Assembly (NCBI GenBank): GCA_018652625.1
Contig: JABIBT010000028.1
Location: forward strand, 1-38,262
DNA length: 38,262 nt
Source: Candidatus Woesearchaeota archaeon
Lineage (GTDB): Archaea; Nanobdellota; Nanobdellia; SCGC-AAA011-G17; PNOQ01
Direction of reading: 5' to 3'
The position numbers and the translations under genes were made by a program. Positions within the stretch are counted from its first letter, which is position 1. Each line of letters starts with the position of its first letter. Positions 31,064 through 38,262 of this stretch are shown here, in pieces. Below the pieces are notes generated by a model, which was not told the DNA's origin, searched no databases, and worked only from the letters and a program-made list of their open reading frames with translations.

Positions 31064-32680
31064 ATGAATAAATCTGATTTAAGGAGATATGTTTTGGATA
31101 ATGCTGTTTCTTATAAAGGAAAAGCTAATTTGAAAGCAGTTGTTGGCCATTTGATTGGGAAATTTCCAAACCTTAAAAAAGATATGAAAAAGTTCATGAA
31201 AGAATTGAACAAACTTGTTGATGAAATTAATTCTTTGTCTTTTGAAGAACAGAAGGAAAAATTAGAAAAGCTAGGTAAAGTTGAGAAGATTAAAAAAGAA
31301 AGTGGTTTGTTTGATTTTTTAAAGATTAAAAAAGGTGATAAAGTTATTACTGCTTTTCCACCAGAACCAAGTAAATATTTGCATATTGGTCATGCTAAGT
31401 CTATTTTGTTGAATTATTTATTAGCTAAAGAGTATAAAGGAAAGTTTTATTTGAGATTTGAAGATACTAATCCTGAGTTAGTTGATAAAGAGTTTTATGA
31501 TATTATTTTGGAAGATATTAAATGGCTTGGAGTTAATCCAGATAAGGTCCAGTATGCTTCTGATTATATGGATTTGTTTTATGAACTTGGAGAAAAGCTG
31601 ATTAAGAAAGGCGAGGCTTATGTTTGTTTTTGTGATTCCGATAAAATAAAAGAGAATAGAAGAAAGAAATTAGAATGTGGGTGTAGGGGAAATAACGATT
31701 GGAAGAAATTTTTGAAAGCTAAAGAGAAAAGTTGTGTTATTAGATTGAATGGAGATATGAAACATAAAAATGCAGTTATGAGAGATCCAACTTTATTTAG
31801 AATTATTAATAAAATGCACCCGAGGGCAGGTAAAAAATATAGGGTCTGGCCCACTTATGAATTTCAAAATTCTGTTATGGATGGTTACTTTAAAATTAGG
31901 TATAGATTGAGAAGCAAAGAGTTTGAAGCTATGTCCGAATTACAGAAGTATTTGCAAAAATTATTGGGATTTAAAGTTACTAAAACTTATGAATTGGCTA
32001 GGTTTAATATGGAGGGCGTTTTAAGCTCTGGCCGCGTTATTAGAGAGAAAATTAAAGGTAAAGAACTGATTGGCTGGGATGATCCAAGATTGACAACTTT
32101 GGTTGCTTTACGTAAAAGAGGTTTTTTACCTGAAGCTATTAAAGATTTTGTTGTTAGTACTGGAATTTCTAAAAGTGAGAGTACTATGACTTGGGATGAT
32201 TTGATTATTAGAAATAAAAGACTTATTGATGGGGTTGCCAATAGATATTTTTTCATTTCTAATCCTAAGAAAATTAAAATAGTTGGTTTTTCAGAGAAAA
32301 ATATTTCTGTTCCATTACATCCAGATCATGAGGGGAGAGGGGTTCGTAAGTTGAAAGTTTTGGATGAGTTTTATGTTGCAGATAAGTTGGCTAAGGGCAA
32401 AAATTATAGATTTATGCATTTGTTTAATTTTAAAGATGGGGAGTTTATTTCTGAAGGTTTAGATAAAAGCCTTGAAGCTAAGCTGATACATTGGTTGCCA
32501 GTTTCTAAAGACTTGGTTAAAGTTAAAGTTTTGATGGATGATGGGAAGTTTGTTAATGGGGTTGCTGAGTCTGGTGTTAAGAAATTGAAAGTTGGAGATT
32601 TGGTGCAATTTGAAAGATTTGGTTTTTGTAGGTTAGATAAAAAAGGAAAAGAATTGGAGTTTATTTTTACGCACAGATGA
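31064..32680 (+). CDS. gltX: glutamyl-tRNA synthetase (archaeal type)
   Basis: HIGH motif (YLHIGHAKS). The N-terminal domain ...NAVSYKGKANLKAVVGHLIGKFPNLKKD... is as in other archaeal GluRS. A Cys cluster CFC...CGC is present. Confidence 0.9.
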   Translation: MNKSDLRRYVLDNAVSYKGKANLKAVVGHLIGKFPNLKKDMKKFMKELNKLVDEINSLSFEEQKEKLEKLGKVEKIKKESGLFDFLKIKKGDKVITAFPPEPSKYLHIGHAKSILLNYLLAKEYKGKFYLRFEDTNPELVDKEFYDIILEDIKWLGVNPDKVQYASDYMDLFYELGEKLIKKGEAYVCFCDSDKIKENRRKKLECGCRGNNDWKKFLKAKEKSCVIRLNGDMKHKNAVMRDPTLFRIINKMHPRAGKKYRVWPTYEFQNSVMDGYFKIRYRLRSKEFEAMSELQKYLQKLLGFKVTKTYELARFNMEGVLSSGRVIREKIKGKELIGWDDPRLTTLVALRKRGFLPEAIKDFVVSTGISKSESTMTWDDLIIRNKRLIDGVANRYFFISNPKKIKIVGFSEKNISVPLHPDHEGRGVRKLKVLDEFYVADKLAKGKNYRFMHLFNFKDGEFISEGLDKSLEAKLIHWLPVSKDLVKVKVLMDDGKFVNGVAESGVKKLKVGDLVQFERFGFCRLDKKGKELEFIFTHR

Positions 32681-33120
32681 GAAATTTTGATTTATTAAAT
32701 AGCAAGGAAATAAAGAAGTTAAATAAGCAGTTAAAGGAGCAATTTGGAAATGAATTTAATTTTAAAGAATATTTAGTTTTTAGAACACCGAGAGATAGAA
32801 TTTATATTATTAATAAAGAATTTGGAGAACATGACTTTTCTAAATTAAAAATAAATAATCTTGGTTTGTATTTTTTGAGTATTGTTAAGGATGGTTTAAG
32901 GTTGAGTATTGATGGTTCACAATTATTTAAAGCTAAAAAGAATATTTTGGAGTTGAATGAAAGAAATTTTAATAGGTGGATGGTGGGGTTTGATTTAAAT
33001 TTGGAGTTAGATAATGGTTATTTTTTAATTAAGTATGAAGGTGAGTTCTTGGGTTGTGGAAAGTCTACTGGAAATAAAGTTCTAAACTATGTTCCAAAGG
33101 CAAGAAGAGTGAAGTTTTAA
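32677..33120 (+). CDS. NIP7-like / PUA-domain RNA-binding protein
   Basis: Motif order parallels NIP7: MRNF..., DRIYIINKE, NLGLYF, then a C-terminal PUA-like GYFLIKYEGEFLGCGKSTGNKVLNYVPKARR. ATGA overlap with gltX. Confidence 0.5.
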   Translation: MRNFDLLNSKEIKKLNKQLKEQFGNEFNFKEYLVFRTPRDRIYIINKEFGEHDFSKLKINNLGLYFLSIVKDGLRLSIDGSQLFKAKKNILELNERNFNRWMVGFDLNLELDNGYFLIKYEGEFLGCGKSTGNKVLNYVPKARRVKF

Positions 33121-33602
33121 AACTTTATTTCTATTCCTGCAGAGCCTCTGCTTTTTGGAACTTTTTTTGGAGAATTTTCTGGGTAGGTTATAGATTCATA
33201 ATCTAATCTTACTCCAAATCTATCTGAGAGTTCGGCAGTGATTCCTAGCTTGACTGATGATGCACTAACTTCTCTACCTATCTCGTCGTGTATTTTAGCT
33301 AAACTTACTTTCTGTCTTAAACTTAACCAGTTTAATTTTTCTCTTAAATTTAGTCCAAGATATTGCGTGTTTGTCCCTTTGATTAGGGGAGTTCCTTCGA
33401 ATAATGTGCTAAAGGATAATCCTGCCCCTATATAATTGTTTAAAGATTTGTTTACCTCAATTCCTGCTTCATAGTGTCGGTTATTGTTATTTTCTGAGGC
33501 ATATCCTGAGTTTAAATGCACGTAAATACTTGAATTTGCCAAATTTGGTGCAATAAGTACCAAACTTCCTAAAATTACTTTTTTTAATATATTCCTTACC
33601 AT
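33117..33602 (-). CDS. secreted protein with bacterial OMP-like 8-strand beta-barrel pattern
   Basis: Start at ATG 33602, with a TATA at 33631-33638 on the minus strand. Signal-like N-terminus MVRNILKKVILGSLVLIAPNLANS. Eight amphipathic alternating segments follow: SIYVHLNSGYA, HYEAGIEVN, YIGAGLSFS, QYLGLNLRE, LSLRQKVSLA, VKLGITAEL, FGVRLDYES, SAGIEIKF. The C-terminal Phe and hydrophobic residues at -1/-3/-5 resemble the OMP beta-signal. Confidence 0.5.
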   Translation of the reverse strand: MVRNILKKVILGSLVLIAPNLANSSIYVHLNSGYASENNNNRHYEAGIEVNKSLNNYIGAGLSFSTLFEGTPLIKGTNTQYLGLNLREKLNWLSLRQKVSLAKIHDEIGREVSASSVKLGITAELSDRFGVRLDYESITYPENSPKKVPKSRGSAGIEIKF

Positions 33603-33669
33603 ATTTCTATTTATCTGAAGTATATTCTTGTTTATAAGTTTAACTATAATCACTACTTATTAGTAATTA

Positions 33670-34416
33670 TTAAAATAGATTTTTAAACCAATCTAGAACG
33701 TCTTGTAGAATTCCTGTTTTTTCCTCAGATAGTTGTTTTTTTTCTTTTATCATTTTGGTTCTTAGAGAATAAACTTTTTGATTTCCCTCTCCTTCTTTAC
33801 AATCTTTATCTAGATGGGCTAAACAGTCTGGGTCGCATTTTCCATCTTTCTGTCCATCACACCAACTATCTTCATTTCCACTTATACAGTCTTGTGGACA
33901 ATTTTTATAGTTTTCATGAATGTTTTTGTCACAAATCCCATCTGAGTTGCACTCGATTTTTATATATTTATTCTTTTCAGAGGTAGTTATTATACTCCTG
34001 CTACTTTTATCTAGTACTTTTATCTCTTCTAATTCAATTAGACTGTTTGTTGGAATAATCCTATATTTTATTTCAAATCCTATTTCTTTTTCTTCATCCG
34101 GTCCTAATGTGATTTCGTATTCAAGGTATGGCCAGCCTATACTCTCCGTTTCCAAATATTTTATTTCCCCCCCAGGGTAAGAGGTTAATGTTTCCCCCAT
34201 TCCATTATTTATTAGTCTCTGGATAATTACTGTTCTTTGTATGTCTTCGTTATTTTTTATTGTGAATTGAGTTAATTGTGGTTTTCTAACTTCATAAGAA
34301 ATTTCATTAATGTCTTTTGAATAACTTATTAATATTTCGTTTGTTTTTGTAGCTAGTACTACGCTCGATAATAATATGATTGTAATAACTCCCATTAATA
34401 TTATTGATATTTTCAT
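33670..34416 (-). CDS. signal/anchor protein with Cys-rich DGxCD...CPxDC module, coupled to the giant ORF
   Basis: The ATG at 34416 lies 1 nt after the giant ORF's TAA. N-terminus is MKISIILMGVITIILLSSVVLA, followed by a beta-rich middle. The Cys cluster ECNSDGICDKNIHENYKNCPQDCISGNEDSWCDGQKDGKCDPDCLAHLDKDC has 10 Cys. Confidence 0.55.
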   Translation of the reverse strand: MKISIILMGVITIILLSSVVLATKTNEILISYSKDINEISYEVRKPQLTQFTIKNNEDIQRTVIIQRLINNGMGETLTSYPGGEIKYLETESIGWPYLEYEITLGPDEEKEIGFEIKYRIIPTNSLIELEEIKVLDKSSRSIITTSEKNKYIKIECNSDGICDKNIHENYKNCPQDCISGNEDSWCDGQKDGKCDPDCLAHLDKDCKEGEGNQKVYSLRTKMIKEKKQLSEEKTGILQDVLDWFKNLF

Positions 34417-34417
34417 T

Positions 34418-37400
34418 TTAGGAACACTCCAGATAAGCACAGTTTTCATTGAAACATAAATTGGGTATTTCTCCAGTTAGTATTGGTTCATATGGATCAA
34501 AACATCTTATATCAAAGTATCCATAGTTTTCTATATCGTTTCCATTAATTTTTACTGATTTCCATTCGTTGTTTTCGTTGGGATCTAAATCTATTCCTAC
34601 TCCATAATTTATTTCTGGTTTGTTATTTCTTATTATATTATTTTCTATATAGGTATGTATGCCGTTTGTTTCTTCGCCAGTAATAGTTATTTGCGTATTT
34701 TCAAGATAATTTTCTCTTATATCCAGGGTATGGGGGAGGTAACCGGGATTTTCAAAATATATTTTTGTTGCTTCTGACTCTTTGTTATTATAAAATTCAT
34801 TTCTGTATATATTCCCTATTGTTTCGATTTCTCCAGTTATTGCATAATTGTTATTATAGAATTTATTTTCACGAATAAAAAAGTTTCTATTACTATATAC
34901 TTTTATTGCGTTTCCCCATTCAATGAAAGTTATTCCTTCTATTTGTGTGTATTCTTTGTTGTTTGTATTAATTCCAATTTTATTTTCGCAGTTATCTGCC
35001 ATACATTTTATCTCTGTATTTAATCCTTCTACTTTTATATTGTCTGCCATAAGTTTTATTCCTTCTTCTAGTTCATATATTCCTGGACAAAAAGTAGTAT
35101 CTTCGTAGATTTCCATTCCACTAAATGGAACGGTATGCCCACATTCTCCGTTGCAACCAAGTACATTTTCATATGCCCATTCATCCCAACTATCTCCTGA
35201 TCCCCAGCCTTCATAGAACTCCGCATTTTCGTTTCCAATTTCGAAGCCTATATCTAAGAAAAATGGAACCTCTCCTATGCCTGTACAGTATCCTGGGAAA
35301 CCCGCTATGCCAGTTTCAGAATTTAGTGGATCTTCCACCCTATTACCAAAGTCATAGATCACCCATTTACCGACTTGTTCATCCCAAATAAGGTTCCAGT
35401 TATGTATTCCTCCTTGTGAAGATAATACCTGGTGCCCCTCTTCTTCATTTGCAGGATAAAATCCTGTTTTTCTTAATAAGGCTACCGCTGCAAATGACCA
35501 GTCATTACATAATCCAGAGTGTATTGTTCCGAGGGTTTCTTTGGATGATCTTTCTCTTAATTTACATAAACCGGGCGTACCTGGTCCGGGGCAGCTAATG
35601 AGTTCCATGTTTTCATGATATTCTAACCCGGTTAGTGGATCAAAATATGGATTTGCGCAACCCCCAGTATCCCCATATATTCCTCCAGCTGTTTGGCACA
35701 TATCCTTTGCGAATCCTTTCATTGGATGATATGGGGGTAATGTATATCCCTCGCAACAGTATTCTGGCCAAAAGTAATTCCATAACCATAATTCATCTTC
35801 AAGATGATTTTTGGGACCCTCGAATAGTCCCAATCTCAAATTTTTTTCGATATAATTTCTTACACATTCTTTTTCTTTATAGTTAGGATTGGATTGGTAA
35901 ACGGATGTTCTTGCATACTCACATACTTTTGTATTTTTATTATTTATTACTCCATCATTTATGCAACAATCAAATGCATCATCTATTATATAGTCTTGAT
36001 AGGTAGCTTCATCATCGTCAAAATCGGATCTTACATTTATTAATCCACACGAATCTTTTTCTCCAGAATCTATAAGCCAATTATATAGTTTTACAGTATA
36101 CTCTCCGTCTTCATTGTTTTCACAATTTGTATCACCTGGTTCATAAGATGAGACGCATTGACAATTATAACATGTTTCTCCTTGTGAGCAATCGTTATCT
36201 GTTTCACATTCTTCTCCAATCTCAAATGATTCGTATTCTCCCTCATAGGAGGATTGACTTATTTCGTGATCACCACATACAAATCCAAGTAATTTATCAC
36301 AGTTTGTTCTGTCAAATTCAATATTTTCTACTTCTTCTATGTATGCATTATCACATATGATGTCATAATTAATCTGATCTACTATATTATTATATCCTAA
36401 AAAGTTTATATCATACCCGTTTATATATATTCCATTGTGGGCGTTATTTCTTATAATGTTATTTTTGAAGAAGATTTTTCCGGATTTGTATATGTTTATT
36501 GCGGACAATTGTTCGGCCAAGATTCCGTTATAATATGGCCCATCATTATTCCAATTTGGATTTATTTCTTCAATCTTGCTATTTTTTATACCAATTAACT
36601 CGCTGTTTCCTATAAATATTCCGGTTAGTGATTGTTTTACTTCCATATCATCTAGTGTAATGTTGTATGACTCTATAATTTCTATGCCTTTATCGTTATA
36701 TTGATACTCAATATTACATCCTTTTATTGCAATATTTTCTTTGTTATTTATTTTTATTGCTGGTTCTAGCCAAGGCCCTTCACCATCTCCTATAATCTTT
36801 GTGTTATCGCATTCCACTATTAAATTATCCTCTGCTATATTTAGCCACCACCCTTCTATTTCATATTCTCCTTCACAAAAATAAGTATTTTCTGTTATTA
36901 CCATGTTTGGTTCTGGTTCTATACAACAATCTTTATCATTGTAGAAGTTACATCCAATACCGCAGCAGCCGTTTTTGTATGAATAACTGCAATAGCAATC
37001 TGGGTCATTTCCTGAACAACCTTCGGGACAGTTTCCGTTACAACCATCTGATTCACAATCATCTTCACACATTTCATCGGATTGACATAAGTCTATATTT
37101 GTTTCTGGGTCCCACCAACAGCCATAATCATAAAAGTCGTCACAATACCACTCGTTCATGAAACATAAATTTGGATTATCTTCGTAGTAACATATTTCGC
37201 ATTCTCCTACTAGGCCTTCTCCTGCACAAAATCCCCATCCTGGTATATGTGTGCATGTATTTTCTATGCATTCTTTGTGTGCTTCTTGGCATTCACAGTT
37301 AGGATAGGTATTTTCTATAGAATTACAATTTGTGAGTTCTAGTATACAATCTTCATAGTCCAATTCACACAAGTCTGTTCCAGTGCATAGTATTTTTGCG

Positions 37401-37981
37401 TCTTGGCCATCCCAGAAATCTTGAGTGCATTCTCCCCCGTAATATGTACAGTCGTAGTTACATATTCCGTTGACACATTCATATCCCATTGCGCAATGGT
37501 TGTTACATTCTCCACAATGATTTTTGTCTGTAAGGGGGTCTATACATTCTCCGCTGCAATCAAACCAATCATCTGGGCAATTTAATTCACATATACCATC
37601 TATGCAAATCATATTTTCTCCGCAAGTCTGGCCTTCACAACCCTCCTGAGAGCAATCCTCGGAACAGCCGGTACATTCTTCATGAATGACACACCTTTTC
37701 AAACAACTTGGTGGAACATCTCCTAAACTATATTGAACATCTTTTGGAGGACTCAAGGGAATCTCTCCCCCTGCTCTAGATGGCCTTTCACCAGAAAAAA
37801 TATCTCCAGCACATTGTCTTCCTTGCTGCATTTCCCAATCTTCACATTCTCCAACACCACAAGCGCCATCGGCCCAAGGAGTACATTGTCCACAACCTCC
37901 AGATAGTTTTGGACTTTCCTCACAAGAATTAATAATAAAAACACTAAAAATTAATACTATAAGATAAATTTTATTCCCCAA
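34418..37981 (-). CDS. giant secreted Cys-rich protein: lipobox-like signal, Cys-knot region, beta-helix 1, transglutaminase-like core, beta-helix 2
   Basis: TTG start with SD AGGTGAT 4-5 nt upstream. Signal is MGNKIYLIVLIFSVFIINSC. By my hand count there are about 50 Cys in aa 20-356, including DPLTDKNHCGECNNHCAMGYECVNGIC. Parallel beta-helix-like Asn/Ile repeats occupy aa about 360-560 and about 955-1160. GLCNDWS...GGIHNWN...VIYDFG has Cys-35-His-17-Asp spacing. Confidence 0.8.
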   Translation of the reverse strand: MGNKIYLIVLIFSVFIINSCEESPKLSGGCGQCTPWADGACGVGECEDWEMQQGRQCAGDIFSGERPSRAGGEIPLSPPKDVQYSLGDVPPSCLKRCVIHEECTGCSEDCSQEGCEGQTCGENMICIDGICELNCPDDWFDCSGECIDPLTDKNHCGECNNHCAMGYECVNGICNYDCTYYGGECTQDFWDGQDAKILCTGTDLCELDYEDCILELTNCNSIENTYPNCECQEAHKECIENTCTHIPGWGFCAGEGLVGECEICYYEDNPNLCFMNEWYCDDFYDYGCWWDPETNIDLCQSDEMCEDDCESDGCNGNCPEGCSGNDPDCYCSYSYKNGCCGIGCNFYNDKDCCIEPEPNMVITENTYFCEGEYEIEGWWLNIAEDNLIVECDNTKIIGDGEGPWLEPAIKINNKENIAIKGCNIEYQYNDKGIEIIESYNITLDDMEVKQSLTGIFIGNSELIGIKNSKIEEINPNWNNDGPYYNGILAEQLSAINIYKSGKIFFKNNIIRNNAHNGIYINGYDINFLGYNNIVDQINYDIICDNAYIEEVENIEFDRTNCDKLLGFVCGDHEISQSSYEGEYESFEIGEECETDNDCSQGETCYNCQCVSSYEPGDTNCENNEDGEYTVKLYNWLIDSGEKDSCGLINVRSDFDDDEATYQDYIIDDAFDCCINDGVINNKNTKVCEYARTSVYQSNPNYKEKECVRNYIEKNLRLGLFEGPKNHLEDELWLWNYFWPEYCCEGYTLPPYHPMKGFAKDMCQTAGGIYGDTGGCANPYFDPLTGLEYHENMELISCPGPGTPGLCKLRERSSKETLGTIHSGLCNDWSFAAVALLRKTGFYPANEEEGHQVLSSQGGIHNWNLIWDEQVGKWVIYDFGNRVEDPLNSETGIAGFPGYCTGIGEVPFFLDIGFEIGNENAEFYEGWGSGDSWDEWAYENVLGCNGECGHTVPFSGMEIYEDTTFCPGIYELEEGIKLMADNIKVEGLNTEIKCMADNCENKIGINTNNKEYTQIEGITFIEWGNAIKVYSNRNFFIRENKFYNNNYAITGEIETIGNIYRNEFYNNKESEATKIYFENPGYLPHTLDIRENYLENTQITITGEETNGIHTYIENNIIRNNKPEINYGVGIDLDPNENNEWKSVKINGNDIENYGYFDIRCFDPYEPILTGEIPNLCFNENCAYLECS

Positions 37982-38088
37982 AATATCACCTAATTTTATT
38001 TGTGATTGGACATTTATTAAGCTTTTTATTCTTGAAGGTTGTTTTGGACTAAAGAAAACCTTTTAAATTTATTTTTTTCTTAATTCTT

Positions 38089-38262
38089 ATGGAAGACAAG
38101 TTAAAAGAAGCTGTTAAGGTCTATAATAAGATAGCGTCGATTTATTCTAAATATAATTATCACAAATTAATGCAATTTCAACTAACTAAGTTCAGTTCTT
38201 TATTGAAGGGTAAAAGAGTTTTAGATGCTGGTTGTGGTATTGGTAGAGATGTTGAATATTTG
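38089..38262 (+). CDS. class I SAM-dependent methyltransferase, 3' end cut by window edge
   Basis: MEDKLKEAVKVYNKIASIYSKY... followed by motif I VLDAGCGIGRD. The ORF is open to the window end. Confidence 0.6.
   Translation, partial: MEDKLKEAVKVYNKIASIYSKYNYHKLMQFQLTKFSSLLKGKRVLDAGCGIGRDVEYL

Noticed and set aside
31064-31350. N-terminal domain of about 95 aa appended to GluRS (YqeY/GatB-like look)
   Set aside because: I first took it for a novel fusion. The same N-terminal pattern (..NA..Y.GKAN.KAV.G......P.L.KD..) is normal in archaeal GluRS as I recall, so it is not unusual.

Overview
This is an AT-rich, tightly packed archaeal chromosome segment. It carries a 16S-tRNAAla-23S operon with archaeal-type flanking helices, an RNase P RNA, five tRNAs (one with an intron) and e-type ribosomal proteins (L7Ae, S28e, L24e, S6e, S24e, S27ae, probable L41e). 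It also encodes aIF2-gamma, aIF5B, Rpo7/Spt4, NAC, Sec61-beta, ScpA, MinD, HisRS, GluRS and DNA gyrase. Most genes have a TTTAWAWA TATA box about 25-30 nt upstream of the start codon (largely leaderless) or are coupled by 1-4 nt overlaps. By inference this fits a small-genome DPANN-type archaeon; I cannot place it more precisely. I saw no CRISPR array, transposase or integrase. The most unusual region is the right end (33.1-38.0 kb). It holds a 1187-aa secreted protein saturated with cysteines, built from two beta-helix modules and an embedded transglutaminase-like Cys-His-Asp core. This is translationally coupled to a second Cys-rich anchored protein and followed by a small protein that reads like a bacterial 8-stranded outer-membrane beta-barrel ending in Phe. 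Other observations worth a second look:
- Two dissimilar tRNA-His(GUG) genes lie directly upstream of hisS.
- An intron-containing tRNA-Ile(UAU) is overlapped antisense by a free-standing LAGLIDADG endonuclease gene.
- gyrB and gyrA are split by two coupled inserted genes.
- A near-identical Lys/Glu/Pro tail is appended to both S24e and S6e.
- A GC-rich structured RNA with 5S-like motifs lies between scpA and rps27ae.
- A paralogous gene pair is coupled to minD.
- A bacterial-type PanD is present.
- Several orphan ORFs look GC-elevated by eye.
All calls come from reading the sequence and ORF translations by hand. No searches or folding programs were run.
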